Part shown: piece by piece, positions 1 through 9,744 of the stretch
Position numbering within the stretch: the first letter of the stretch is position 1
Layout of the letters: every line of letters begins with the position of its first letter
From: a virus
Taxonomy: Duplodnaviria; Caudoviricetes
Virus record (IMG/VR): IMGVR_UViG_3300048599_000089
Location: 1-33,309 of that record
Length of the DNA: 33,309 nt
Direction: 5' to 3' (one strand)
The notes under the pieces: model-generated
Database searches by the model: none
What the model was told of the DNA's origin: nothing
The model's input: the letters and a program-made list of their open reading frames with translations, nothing else
Position numbers and translations under genes: made by a program

Positions 1-102
1 GTTGGAGGCTGTGTAAGACCTATTGCTCTTTGTAACGGTAGGCCGTGGCTGATGAATCAGGAAACGCTCGTTGATGTTCCTTTGGAAGCCCCCGCTTCTT
101 AG
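1..102 (+). CDS. tnpB: 3' end of IS200/IS605-family TnpB (partial)
   Basis: Frame 1 reads VGGCVRP...MNQE...EAPAS* (TAG 100-102), a typical TnpB C-terminal tail, and runs directly into an IS605-type right end. Confidence 0.7.
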   Translation, partial: VGGCVRPIALCNGRPWLMNQETLVDVPLEAPAS

Positions 103-127
103 TGGAACGTAAGCGGGGGTAGTTCAC
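85..127 (+). mobile_element. IS200/IS605 right end / omegaRNA scaffold 3' hairpin
   Basis: Perfect 9-bp hairpin CCCCCGCTT (89-97) / AAGCGGGGG (111-119), followed by TAGTTCAC; the TCAC end is typical of these elements. Confidence 0.75.
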
Positions 128-130
128 GAG

Positions 131-160
131 AACCGTCCAATCGTGGGCGGTTATTTATTT
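131..160 (+). terminator. Stem-loop, probable intrinsic terminator
   Basis: AACCGTCCA-ATCG-TGGGCGGTT followed by ATTTATTTTT. Confidence 0.5.
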
Positions 161-173
161 TGGAGCTGATATT

Positions 174-539
174 ATGCCACCTAAAGCAAAAAAGCCATGT
201 AGTTACCCAGGCTGCCCAGCATTAACCACTGAGCGTTTTTGTGAAAAACATAAACAATCTGAACGCAAACGATATGACAACCAGCGAGGAACTGCAGCAC
301 AGAGAGGTTATGGCTATAGGTGGCAGTTGGCACGCATATATTTTTTAATGCAGTACCCTTTGTGTGCTGAGTGTGGGAAAAATGGCAAGGTTGTATCAGC
401 TACTGTTGTTGACCATATCATTCCGCATAAGGGTAACCAGGAACTGTTTTGGGACACGAGGAACTGGCAACCTTTATGTAAGAGGTGTCACGATGTTAAG
501 ACCGTCAAAGAGGATGGAGCATTTGGAAATAATAAATAA
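174..539 (+). CDS. Phage HNH endonuclease (terminase-associated, HK97 gp74-like)
   Basis: CAEC...VDHIIPHKG...NWQPLCKRCH HNH motif, N-terminal CxxPGC zinc motif, directly upstream of terS. Confidence 0.93.
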   Translation: MPPKAKKPCSYPGCPALTTERFCEKHKQSERKRYDNQRGTAAQRGYGYRWQLARIYFLMQYPLCAECGKNGKVVSATVVDHIIPHKGNQELFWDTRNWQPLCKRCHDVKTVKEDGAFGNNK

Positions 540-554
540 TAAATAATAAATAAT
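527..554 (+). repeat. Tandem heptamer (AAATAAT)x4
   Basis: Four exact copies spanning the HNH stop codon. Confidence 0.9.
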
Positions 555-567
555 TTTTATCTTTGAT

Positions 568-645
568 GGGTAGGGGGGATCTAATCTCTAGGGAAAACAA
601 ACTCTAGACCGAGCGTGGCCCTTTCCGTACAAAAAAGTCCCCAGA
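568..645. other. Putative cos packaging region
   Basis: HNH-terS intergenic region containing GGGTAGGGGGG...GACCGAGCGTGGCCC, the usual position and composition of cos in HNH/HK97-type Firmicute phages. The exact cut site cannot be determined. Confidence 0.5.
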
Positions 646-691
646 AAAGTTTTACAATAATAAGCTGGTGCTATGTGAGGAGGTGAGCAGT

Positions 692-1186
692 TTGCCAAAA
701 ATAGTAACATTCGATAAAATGGCTGTCGGTAAAAAAGGTGGCGGTAAGCACTGGACAAAAGACGAAGTTGATCGCAGATCGGCAGCTGCTCAAAAACTCC
801 AGCGCAAGGTACCAGTGAGATTCAAGGTTCCGATGTGGCTAGATGATGAAGCTCGCCAGGTTTGGAAAAAGACCCTAAAGGATTTATCGGGCCTGGACAT
901 ACTGGATAAAGTTGACGAAGAAGCTCTAGCCGTATACTGTGATGCAGTGGTCAGGCACAGGGAAGCAACTTTGTTTATACGGGAAAAGGGTTATGTGGTT
1001 ATAAGCGGATCGGGTGCCGAAACTGTTAGCCCCTACGTCAAGGCAGCGCAGAGCTATGCCAGGATAATAGCTCAGTTTGCTGACAAGCTAGGGTTGACCC
1101 CAACCGGAAGGGCAAGACTGGCCAAGAAAATAGCTGATGGCCCAAGCGAAAAGGAATTAAAAGAAAAAGATATGTTCGGTGATTAG
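692..1186 (+). CDS. terS: Terminase small subunit (P27 family)
   Basis: P.WL...A...W, LAVYC and LGLTPTGRARL motifs. Start moved to TTG 692, which follows the RBS GAGGAGGTGA. Confidence 0.92.
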   Translation: MPKIVTFDKMAVGKKGGGKHWTKDEVDRRSAAAQKLQRKVPVRFKVPMWLDDEARQVWKKTLKDLSGLDILDKVDEEALAVYCDAVVRHREATLFIREKGYVVISGSGAETVSPYVKAAQSYARIIAQFADKLGLTPTGRARLAKKIADGPSEKELKEKDMFGD

Positions 1187-1198
1187 TGGTGGTAATTC

Positions 1199-2941
1199 AT
1201 GCCGGAGCGAGGGTTGCAATACGCCAAGGACATAGTATCAAAAAAATATATATCCTGTGAGCTGGAGTACCTTGCCTGTAAAAGATTCCTGGATGACCTG
1301 GAGAGAGAAGATTTTGAATACGTCTTCGACCTAACTAGGGCACAAAGGATTATCGATTTCTTTGAGAATTATTGCAGGCACGTCAAAGGGGTATTTGCTG
1401 GCCAGACAATAGAGTTATTGCCTTTTCAGGTTTTTGACTTAATAAATATTTTCGGCTGGGTAGATTCAAACGGTGCCCGTAGATTTACTAGGGCATTCAT
1501 CGAGGAAGCCAGGGGAAATGCAAAGTCAGCCATAATGTCGGGAGTAGGTTTATACGGCATGATGGCTGATTGTTATTATCCCCCGGGATGTCCTGATGAG
1601 GCTCAGTATGAATTAAACCCCAGCGTTGTATGTACGGCCTACGATAAGGAGCAGGCAAGGATTGTTTGGAGAGATGCCTGTGACATGGCCAACGCTTCGC
1701 CGGAAATATCAAAAAGGCTAACCGTAAAGCGTACATATGTTGAGCATAAGACCCGTGGCGGTCACATGAAAGCCCTCTCAAAGGACACTAAAAATAAAGA
1801 TGGTATGTCAGTAACTGTTGCGATAGCCGATGAAATTCATGTCTGGAAAACTTCAGAGGTTATGGATATTATATTATCTGGATTCGGTAAAAGATTTCAG
1901 AACCTATTTTGTGCAATAACGACTGCTGGCGCTGATGCAGAAAACAGTGTAGGTAAAAAAGAGCATGACATTTGCGCTAAGATACTTAGGGGCGAGATAA
2001 AAGATGATGCATACTATGCCGCAATAAGACAACTTGATGCTAAAGATGATCCTCACGATGAATCTCTTTGGCCTAAAGCAAACCCGATGCTCAGATATGA
2101 AAACGAATATACCGTCAGGCTAAAAAAAGAAATACAGCAGCAGCATAATATTGCTTACGGTTCCGGTGACCCGTCAAAGATCCGTGAGTTTTTGATAAAG
2201 CGGTGCTGCCTATGGCAGACAGATGCCGAGAATAAATATTTCTCAGGTATTATGGACAGGTGGAAAGCTCTGGCCGTATCCAGAAAGGAATTTTTTGAAT
2301 TAGTCCGTGGGCGTGAATGCTATAACGGCGAGGACTTATCAAAATGCATTGACTTGACTGCATCTGGTTTTGTTTTTAGGCTTGACGATGGAAGATATGC
2401 TGTATGTGCTCACGGGCTTATGCCGGAAAACACAGCTACAAAACACGAGCGCACAGATCGTGTTCCGTACAAACAATGGGCGAAAGAGGGTTGGTGTACT
2501 CTCACTGATGGTGATGTAACAGATGACAGCTTCATAAAAAATTACATACATGAGATGGAATTCGACGAAGGTTGGAAAATAAAAGAGATATGTTTTGATC
2601 CATACGGGGCCAGGCAATTTGCCAACGATATGACCAAAGAGGGTTATTTGTGTGTAGAGATCAGGCAAGGGGTTCAAACACTTTCAGAACCGACCAAGAA
2701 ATTCAGAGAGCTAATCCTACAGGATAAAATAGTTCACGATGGCAGTCCGCTGCTAACTTGGTGTTTGTCAAATGCGGTCGAGGTCGTGGACAATAACGGG
2801 AATATAAAACTGTCTAAAAAGCATGTCAACGATAGTCAGAGAATCGACTTAGTGGCGGCTATAATAAATGCTATGGTTAGGGCGCTACTCAGTGAGACTA
2901 AAGAGTCTGTTTTTGAAAAACGCGGAATGAGATCACTGTAA
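1199..2941 (+). CDS. terL: Terminase large subunit
   Basis: Walker A variant ARGNAKS, Walker B IADEIH, ITTAG coupling motif, nuclease DLS...DLTA and RIDLVAA. Confidence 0.97.
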   Translation: MPERGLQYAKDIVSKKYISCELEYLACKRFLDDLEREDFEYVFDLTRAQRIIDFFENYCRHVKGVFAGQTIELLPFQVFDLINIFGWVDSNGARRFTRAFIEEARGNAKSAIMSGVGLYGMMADCYYPPGCPDEAQYELNPSVVCTAYDKEQARIVWRDACDMANASPEISKRLTVKRTYVEHKTRGGHMKALSKDTKNKDGMSVTVAIADEIHVWKTSEVMDIILSGFGKRFQNLFCAITTAGADAENSVGKKEHDICAKILRGEIKDDAYYAAIRQLDAKDDPHDESLWPKANPMLRYENEYTVRLKKEIQQQHNIAYGSGDPSKIREFLIKRCCLWQTDAENKYFSGIMDRWKALAVSRKEFFELVRGRECYNGEDLSKCIDLTASGFVFRLDDGRYAVCAHGLMPENTATKHERTDRVPYKQWAKEGWCTLTDGDVTDDSFIKNYIHEMEFDEGWKIKEICFDPYGARQFANDMTKEGYLCVEIRQGVQTLSEPTKKFRELILQDKIVHDGSPLLTWCLSNAVEVVDNNGNIKLSKKHVNDSQRIDLVAAIINAMVRALLSETKESVFEKRGMRSL

Positions 2942-2953
2942 GGAGGTGAATAT

Positions 2954-4249
2954 TTGAAACTAAGACAGAGAATCGGCATGGCCAGTCGAATGATATTCAA
3001 GAATAACTGGTTTGAAGATTACATAAGGTCGTTTCTCCGGGGCGATGATGTACCAGGCACACCGGGATATATGCGCATAAACACCGAAACAGCCATGAAA
3101 TACACGGCTGTTTTTTCATGCGTCCGGGTGCTATCAGAGACTTTGGCGTCAATGCCAGTCATGCTTTACAGAAAACTACCAAACGGCGACAGAGAACAGA
3201 GAAATGACTTAGCCGCTTATGACATACTACACAACGCACCGAACGATGAAATGTCGCCTTTTAATTTTAAAGAAATGTGTATGGTCGCGCTGAACACTGG
3301 CGGCAATGCTGTTTGCGAAAGATTGGTTAATCGTTATGGTCAGTTGGTAGGACTTTACCCGTATCCGTGGCAAATGACCCCGATTGACCGAGACAGAGAA
3401 ACCGGGAAGCTGATATATAAAATACGTGACGGAACTAAGTGGAGAGAATTAAGCAGGCCACAAGTTTTTCACATACCCGGTTTAAGTTTCGACGGCGTGA
3501 TAGGTGTATCTCCAATCGAGTATGCAGCTTCGGCTATCCGACTGGGCCTGTCATATGAGCAGTTCGGAAATAGCTTTTTTAATAATGGAGCTAATGCGAG
3601 CGGGGCTTTTTCGCATCCCGGTGCTCTAAGCGATATCGCGTATGAGCGATTAAAGAAAGATTTGACCGCTAACTATACAGGTTTGAGGAATACTGGAAAG
3701 TTTATGCTGCTTGAAGAAGGCATGGACTTTAAACCGTTTACGATTAAGCCAGTGGATGCCGAGTTACTGGAGAATAAGAAGTTTCAGATCGGAGACGTGG
3801 CGCGGATATATCGCGTGCCATTACATCTCATACAGCAGCTCGACAAGGCTACTTTTTCCAATATAGAACACCAGTCACTTGAATTCCAAATATTCACAAT
3901 GCTTCCGTGGGTGCAGAGGTGGGAGCAGGCTATTAACAGTCAACTGCTTACGCGTCAAGAGCGGATGGCGGGATTTTATGTTGAACTCAATATGAACAGT
4001 ATACTGCGCGGCGATCTGAAGTCAAGGTATGACGCTTATGCAGTAGGGATTCAATGGGGTATTCTTAGTATTAACGATTGCCTAAAATTAGAAAATATGA
4101 ACTCTATTGGCCCTGATGGTGACAAGAGAATACAACCTTTGAATATGATCAACATAACAAAGGCCGATGAATATTACTCAAAACAAAATGATCAGGTAAA
4201 GGCTATGATAGAAAAGATGCAGATGTCGATTGAGAGAAATGCTAGTTGA
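2954..4249 (+). CDS. Portal protein, HK97 family
   Basis: AVFSCVRVLSETLASMP, GVSPI, ARIYRVP, ATFSNIEHQ. Confidence 0.97.
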   Translation: MKLRQRIGMASRMIFKNNWFEDYIRSFLRGDDVPGTPGYMRINTETAMKYTAVFSCVRVLSETLASMPVMLYRKLPNGDREQRNDLAAYDILHNAPNDEMSPFNFKEMCMVALNTGGNAVCERLVNRYGQLVGLYPYPWQMTPIDRDRETGKLIYKIRDGTKWRELSRPQVFHIPGLSFDGVIGVSPIEYAASAIRLGLSYEQFGNSFFNNGANASGAFSHPGALSDIAYERLKKDLTANYTGLRNTGKFMLLEEGMDFKPFTIKPVDAELLENKKFQIGDVARIYRVPLHLIQQLDKATFSNIEHQSLEFQIFTMLPWVQRWEQAINSQLLTRQERMAGFYVELNMNSILRGDLKSRYDAYAVGIQWGILSINDCLKLENMNSIGPDGDKRIQPLNMINITKADEYYSKQNDQVKAMIEKMQMSIERNAS

Positions 4250-4267
4250 GGTAGGTGAAAAATAAAA

Positions 4268-5074
4268 ATGGCATTCTGGAATTTTATTAAAAACGAAGAA
4301 AATCTGGAAGAGGTTGAACTTCGGATTGAGGGCGAAATCGTTTCCGATGATGACGCTTGGATTTATGAATGGTTTGGAATACCAGCAGCAACGCCAAATG
4401 CTTTTAGACAGGCGTTAGCAGAGCATAGCGGTAAAAATATCAACGTCTGGATTGATAGTTGGGGTGGGGATACAACTGCAGCAGCAGGTATCTATAACGC
4501 TCTGAAAGAGCATAAAGGCAAAGTAACCGTTAAGATTGACGGTAAAGCTGTTTCTGCTGCCTCTGTAATAGCTATGGCGGGTGAAGAAATACATATTTCG
4601 CCTGTTGGTATTATGATGATCCATAATCCCTGGAGCAGTATCAGAGGTGCAGAGGCCAAAGATATGCGCCATATGGCTGATGTTCTTGACGAGGTTAAGG
4701 AATCCATCATAAACGCTTATCAAGCTAAAACAGGCCGCTCACGCAAGAAAATATCCGAAATGATGGATAATGAATTCTGGATGAGCGCAAGAACCGCAAA
4801 AGCAGAAGGCTTTGTCGATGAAATCCTTTATTCTGGTGCGGGGGAAGCTGACACTATCGAAAATTCTTTTATGCTCAGTGGATTAGCTATACAAAACAGT
4901 GTTAGACAAAGTATGGATCGTCTCTTTGACGGTTATGCTCAAAAACTTAAAGAGATGGAAAAAAGAAAAGACCCCGATGGTATACTCGAAAATAAACCGG
5001 AACCAGTTAAGCAAGTGCCGGTTGATATATACCAAAAACAAATTCTAATAAACAGGAGGAAAGCCAATGTTTAA
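4268..5074 (+). CDS. ClpP-like (S14) prohead maturation protease
   Basis: IDS.GGD, AVSAASVIAMAG, MMIHNPW, GFVDEI; lies between portal and capsid. Confidence 0.95.
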   Translation: MAFWNFIKNEENLEEVELRIEGEIVSDDDAWIYEWFGIPAATPNAFRQALAEHSGKNINVWIDSWGGDTTAAAGIYNALKEHKGKVTVKIDGKAVSAASVIAMAGEEIHISPVGIMMIHNPWSSIRGAEAKDMRHMADVLDEVKESIINAYQAKTGRSRKKISEMMDNEFWMSARTAKAEGFVDEILYSGAGEADTIENSFMLSGLAIQNSVRQSMDRLFDGYAQKLKEMEKRKDPDGILENKPEPVKQVPVDIYQKQILINRRKANV

Positions 5075-6353
5075 AGCACTTTTAAAAGCAAAGATTGACG
5101 AACAGCAGGCACTTGTTAACAAGGCACTTGCTGAGCAGCGGGGCATGAATGACGAGGAACAGGATAAATTTAATGCCTTGCAGACAGAGATTGAAGGTTT
5201 GGAAAAGACTATCGAGGCTGCCAATAAGCTGGATGACCAGCAGACTAAGATGAATACTGCGGTTAATAAGCCTGCGCATGTTGATGTAGGTGCCAATCGT
5301 GCAGCAGAAAAGCCTTTTAACTCTTTCGGGGAATTTTTACAGTGCGTTCGTGCAGCTGCCGAACCCGGTGTACAGCCTAATGATTGGGATACACGTCTAA
5401 AATGGCAAAATGCTGCTACAGGCATAGGATCTTCACCTTCTGACGGAGGTTTTTTAGTACAACGTGATGTAGCAACTGAAATTGTAAGTCATGGATACGA
5501 ACAGAGTGTTCTTGCTCCACTTTGCCGTAAAGTCCCGATCGGTGAGGGTTCAGATGGTTTGTCCGTCAATATTGTTGACGAGAGTAGCAGGGCCACTGGA
5601 TCCCGCTGGGGCGGGGTTCAGATGTTTTGGAGAGGCGAAGGGGATACTGTTGCTGCATCCAAGCCTAAGTTTGCAAGAATGGATGTACCGCTAGAAGACC
5701 TCATGGGATTATGTTACGTTACTCGTGAGATGATGCGTGACGCTGTTCAGCTTGGTTCGATTGTCGAACAGGCATTTTCTGAGGAAATTGCATGGATGCT
5801 TGACGAAGCTATTATTGATGGTAGCGGGGTAGGCAAACCGTTAGGCATTAAGAAAAGTCCCGCGCTTATCACGGTAGCGAAAGAAAACGGGCAGCCTGCA
5901 GCGACTATCCAGACCACTAATTTAAGTAAAATGTGGGCTAGGTTATGGGCTAGATCCAGAATGAACGCTGTATGGGTTTACAACCAGGATATAGAACCAC
6001 AGCTTGACGAATTGGCGATTATAGCCGGTACAGGTGCGCTTGAACCAAGATTTATCACTTACAGTCCTGAAGGTGTCTTAAGAATAAAAGGCAGGCCGAC
6101 TGTTGCACTCGAACAGGCAGCTACACTTGGTACTGTCGGGGATATCATGCTTGCAGATTTTTCGCAGTATGTGCTGATCGATAAAGATGCGGTTGAAATG
6201 GCAGAATCTATTCACGTTAGGTTCATTTATGGTGAAAACGTATTTAGATTTATGTACCGTGTCAATGGAAAACCCTACTGGCAGAAAGCTTTAACTCCGG
6301 CTAACGGCTCAAATACACAATCGCCTTATATCGCTTTAGCTACACGTGCATAA
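5067..6353 (+). CDS. Major capsid protein, HK97 fold
   Basis: Coiled-coil N-terminal delta domain, DGGFLV, G.G.GKPLGI, GRP; synteny. Confidence 0.96.
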   Translation: MFKALLKAKIDEQQALVNKALAEQRGMNDEEQDKFNALQTEIEGLEKTIEAANKLDDQQTKMNTAVNKPAHVDVGANRAAEKPFNSFGEFLQCVRAAAEPGVQPNDWDTRLKWQNAATGIGSSPSDGGFLVQRDVATEIVSHGYEQSVLAPLCRKVPIGEGSDGLSVNIVDESSRATGSRWGGVQMFWRGEGDTVAASKPKFARMDVPLEDLMGLCYVTREMMRDAVQLGSIVEQAFSEEIAWMLDEAIIDGSGVGKPLGIKKSPALITVAKENGQPAATIQTTNLSKMWARLWARSRMNAVWVYNQDIEPQLDELAIIAGTGALEPRFITYSPEGVLRIKGRPTVALEQAATLGTVGDIMLADFSQYVLIDKDAVEMAESIHVRFIYGENVFRFMYRVNGKPYWQKALTPANGSNTQSPYIALATRA

Positions 6354-6357
6354 TCGC

Positions 6358-6378
6358 GGCGGGGCTTTAAGCCCCGCC
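6358..6378 (+). terminator. GC-rich hairpin after major capsid gene (terminator or mRNA stabiliser)
   Basis: GGCGGGGCT-TTA-AGCCCCGCC; weak U-tract. Confidence 0.65.
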
Positions 6379-6411
6379 TATATTAAATAATTTACCAGGA
6401 GGAATGGAAAA

Positions 6412-6927
6412 ATGTCTTTAGCTCATATTTTGGGTAATAAAGTCGATATTGTTGAAGGTTTTCCAGCTGTTGATCTTTCCGCTGGAGCTAATAGCGGAGA
6501 TTATATAAGCCTTAAAAACGCTGAAAGAGTGACTGTTGTTTTTGTAAGCGGTGTTGGTACTGCGGGGGATGATCCCACCTTGACACTGCAGCAGGCGCAA
6601 GATGTGGCTGGAACTGGTGCAAAGGATTTTGATTTCACAAATATATACACAAAGCAAGCTGCAGTAAGTTTGGCCGCAGTAACCGCATGGACAAAAGTAA
6701 CGCAAGCAGCCGCAAACACATATACCAACGCGACAGCTGCAGAACAGTCCTTGATATGGGCTGTGGAAATTGATCCGAATGAACTTGATGTAGAGAATGG
6801 ATTTGACTGTATTCGTGCAACCGTGGCCGATGTTGGTAACAATGCACAACCTGGCTATATGTTTTATATGATCGAACCAAGTTACAAGTGTGGTCCCACC
6901 AATACTAACGGTTATATAACCGATTAA
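6412..6927 (+). CDS. Putative capsid decoration / minor head protein
   Basis: Strong RBS (AGGAGG), A/T/V-rich beta-type sequence, directly after the capsid gene. Confidence 0.6.
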   Translation: MSLAHILGNKVDIVEGFPAVDLSAGANSGDYISLKNAERVTVVFVSGVGTAGDDPTLTLQQAQDVAGTGAKDFDFTNIYTKQAAVSLAAVTAWTKVTQAAANTYTNATAAEQSLIWAVEIDPNELDVENGFDCIRATVADVGNNAQPGYMFYMIEPSYKCGPTNTNGYITD

Positions 6928-6932
6928 GAAGC

Positions 6933-7079
6933 ATGAAATGGCCTAAAGGTAGCGATAAAACATCGGCTAGATTACCGGTTAATAATTTATGCCCTAGATG
7001 CAGCAGTATAATAATTAATACCAAGTACGGTAATTTAGTTTGTACTAATAAGGATTGTAATTACTGGTATAAGAAATAA
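6933..7079 (+). CDS. 48-aa zinc-ribbon-like protein (not in ORF track)
   Basis: MKWPKGSDKTSARLPVNNLCPRCSSIIINTKYGNLVCTNKDCNYWYKK; CxxC...CxxxxC; fills the intergenic gap; weak RBS. Confidence 0.5.
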   Translation: MKWPKGSDKTSARLPVNNLCPRCSSIIINTKYGNLVCTNKDCNYWYKK

Positions 7080-7135
7080 TAAAATTCGCCCGGTTAACGC
7101 CGGGCGCTCTTAATTGAGCGAAGGAGGGTAAAATA

Positions 7136-7852
7136 ATGGGCGTAAACAGTAAGTATGTAAATGGTAATCTTGTTTTTATTGACGCGGCTAATAAGCAAAG
7201 ATTTTTAGATGCTATCGGCCCGAACGTGTGCAAATTTATTGAGGACTTTGTAGGCACTCCTTTTTCCGGTGCCGATGCGCCTGCGGCTTGGACAGTAACG
7301 CTTGTCGAGGCAGGTGCTGGTGACAGTACGGTAGCACTTACTGACGGTGCGGGCGGTTTACTCCTGATCACCACTGATGCCGCTGAGAACGACGGCGTGA
7401 ATATGCAGGTAACAAAAGAAGCATTTAAACTTGCATCCAATAAGCCCTGTTACTTTGGCACACGGTTTAAAATTTCTGATGCCACTGAAAGCGATTTCAT
7501 CGCCGGTCTTTGTATCACCGATACTACTTTGCTTGGCGGTATGACTGATGGCGTGTATTTCAGAAAAGTAGACGGCAGCACCGATGTTAAATTCGTGCTT
7601 GAGAAAAACTCAACAGAAACTGAAAGTGATGCTGTTCTGACAGCGGCTAACGATACCTACATGGTGCTTGAGTTTTACTTTGATGGTACAAACGTCGATG
7701 CCTATGTCAACGGTACGCTGCAAACAAGGCTTGTAATGACTAACCTGCCGGACGATGAGGAATTGACTCCGAGCCTCGCCTTTTTGACTGGTGCTGCAGC
7801 AGCTAAAACTATGACTGTTGACTGGATCAAGTGCATCCAGATTAACGCGTAG
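7136..7852 (+). CDS. Putative virion head protein with lectin/concanavalin-like beta-sandwich
   Basis: RBS AAGGAGG; beta-strand pattern such as LEFYFDGTNVDAYVNG; head-module position. Confidence 0.55.
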   Translation: MGVNSKYVNGNLVFIDAANKQRFLDAIGPNVCKFIEDFVGTPFSGADAPAAWTVTLVEAGAGDSTVALTDGAGGLLLITTDAAENDGVNMQVTKEAFKLASNKPCYFGTRFKISDATESDFIAGLCITDTTLLGGMTDGVYFRKVDGSTDVKFVLEKNSTETESDAVLTAANDTYMVLEFYFDGTNVDAYVNGTLQTRLVMTNLPDDEELTPSLAFLTGAAAAKTMTVDWIKCIQINA

Positions 7853-7864
7853 AGGTGATATTTT

Positions 7865-8332
7865 ATGGCTGCTATTTTAGTCACAACAATTAAAAGATTT
7901 ATTGGTACAGCTGCTGAAATGGCAGCTTTAAGTGTCGTTGGGGTGCCTACAGGAAGTACATTTTTTCAAACTGATACAGGATTTATGTACACTCTCAGTA
8001 GTGCAGGTACTTGGGCAATAGAAAAAATAATAGGTGATGTAAATCTCCAAGTTAACGATGTCGATGTCAGCGCGGCTAATCCTGTTCCTACCCAACTAAC
8101 GGGTAGTAATGTCAAGAAAGCTTTTACGATTACACCTAATGATTCAGTAGATTTGCCTGTAAACGCTCTATCTCTAACGTGTGTTACAGACGGTATTGCT
8201 TATGTTGATTTTATTGACGGAGGAACAAACATACCGATACAACTAAGTGCCGGTTACTGGAACCCAGTTAATGTAAAACGTGTTAGAGCAACCAATACAA
8301 CTGCGACAGGTATTATGGGGCAAGAATCATGA
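7865..8332 (+). CDS. Putative head-spike base protein (RcGTA Rcc01079-like C-terminal domain)
   Basis: AFTITPNDSVDL...LSAG...PVNVKRVRATNTTATGI matches my recollection of the spike-base family; ATGA overlap with the next gene. Confidence 0.7.
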   Translation: MAAILVTTIKRFIGTAAEMAALSVVGVPTGSTFFQTDTGFMYTLSSAGTWAIEKIIGDVNLQVNDVDVSAANPVPTQLTGSNVKKAFTITPNDSVDLPVNALSLTCVTDGIAYVDFIDGGTNIPIQLSAGYWNPVNVKRVRATNTTATGIMGQES

Positions 8333-9669
8333 TCGGTGTAGGAGTAGGCATCCCTTTTGGTAATCAAAAAGCTAAGATATATGGCGTATCTTGGGATAAA
8401 AGTTCATCTCCTGTATTGACACGTACGGATTCTGCATTTGGGATGATTGCAAATGCCGGTATTGATACCGAACTAGTTAGAAATGACTTCGACAGAGCAG
8501 CAATTTTTAGCGAGATGCACGAAGTAACAGACGCTTTGGGTAATGTTTTTATCCGTATACCAAAATTTTATATCCGCAAAACAGACGGGGTAAATTTAAG
8601 GACATGGCAAATCTCAAAAAGAAAATATCCTGGTTTTTACCTTCCTTGGTGTTTTTGGGATTTTACCAGCAGCAGAGAATTGCCGCATATAGATGTTGGT
8701 AAATATAAAGCAACAAAAGATGGTAGTAGCAGGTTAGAGTCAAAGCCAAACCTATATCCACTAATCAACGACAACATTGTAAATTTCCGAACATATGCAC
8801 AGAACAATAATATAGGCGGGCTAAGTGGATATCAGCAGCTTGATATCCACGCCGTTGATGTTTTACAAACGCTTTTCCGAGTCGAATTTGCAACACTAGG
8901 CAGTCAGTCAGTTATGCAGGGATTTACGGCTGGGCAATATACTGCGACACACCTTGCAACAGTATCGGAAAATAGCACTAATCGGATTATTGTCTCAAAT
9001 GCTATTGCCGATCTATATCGAGTTGGTCAAACAATTTCCATTGGTACGTCTCAGGGTGGGAATCAGATATTTTACGGTAGGACAATCACTGATATAAGTA
9101 TTTACGATGTTAGCAATAAAGCTATTAGTTTTGACGGTTCTCCTGTTAATATCGCTGCAGGCAACATGCTTTACAATACGGGATGGAAAAACGGCTTTAG
9201 CAGTGGCATAGCAGCAAGCAGCGGAACTATTATTGCCGATGACGGTAAATATCCCTGTGTATATCGGGGAATTGAGTCTCCATTTGGTGACATTTGGCAG
9301 TTTGTTGATGGGGTAAATATCACCGATTATCAAGCTTGGGTTTGTAAAAATGCAGCTCAATACGCCAGTAACGTGTTTGCTTCTCCGTATGAGGTTTTAA
9401 ATTATATCAATCATAACGCAAATGGCTATGTGACTCAGATGGGCTTTGATACCAGTTACCAGTTTGCGGAATTTTCTGCGGCAATAGGCGGTGGAAGTAC
9501 AACATATTATTCTGACTACTATTATCAGGCTACCGGACAGAGAGTTGCCCGCTTCGGGGGTGCCTGGAATTACGGGTCTGATGCGGGCCTGTCGTGCTGG
9601 TATCTGAATTTCGCGTCTTCGGCTGCGGCTGTGAGCTTCGGCGGGCGGCTTCTTAAAAAACCTCTTTAA
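8329..9669 (+). CDS. DGR target protein with C-terminal CLec-type variable domain; putative head-spike fibre
   Basis: C-terminus ...RFGGAWNYGSDAGLSCW...FGGRL is encoded by the VR; YRGIESPFGDIWQFVDG motif; N-terminus MIGVGVGIP. Confidence 0.9.
   Translation: MIGVGVGIPFGNQKAKIYGVSWDKSSSPVLTRTDSAFGMIANAGIDTELVRNDFDRAAIFSEMHEVTDALGNVFIRIPKFYIRKTDGVNLRTWQISKRKYPGFYLPWCFWDFTSSRELPHIDVGKYKATKDGSSRLESKPNLYPLINDNIVNFRTYAQNNNIGGLSGYQQLDIHAVDVLQTLFRVEFATLGSQSVMQGFTAGQYTATHLATVSENSTNRIIVSNAIADLYRVGQTISIGTSQGGNQIFYGRTITDISIYDVSNKAISFDGSPVNIAAGNMLYNTGWKNGFSSGIAASSGTIIADDGKYPCVYRGIESPFGDIWQFVDGVNITDYQAWVCKNAAQYASNVFASPYEVLNYINHNANGYVTQMGFDTSYQFAEFSAAIGGGSTTYYSDYYYQATGQRVARFGGAWNYGSDAGLSCWYLNFASSAAAVSFGGRLLKKPL
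9545..9655 (+). repeat. DGR variable repeat (VR) including IMH
   Basis: 111-bp ungapped match to 9745-9855 with 24 mismatches, 23 of them opposite TR adenines. Confidence 0.97.
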
Positions 9670-9676
9670 TGGGGGT

Positions 9677-9695
9677 TTGGGGGCGTTAGCCCCAA
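9677..9695 (+). promoter_or_regulatory. DGR target-recognition hairpin/cruciform
   Basis: GGGGC-GTTA-GCCCC (9680-9693), extendable by TT/AA, just 3' of the VR and stop codon. Confidence 0.75.
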
Positions 9696-9744
9696 GTAAT
9701 GATTTGAAATTAAAAGTTTATATACAGGGATATAAGGTGCGCGC

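Noticed and set aside
364-546. Alternative-frame 60-aa ORF inside the HNH gene
   Set aside because: It overlaps a well-supported gene and has no RBS or motif.
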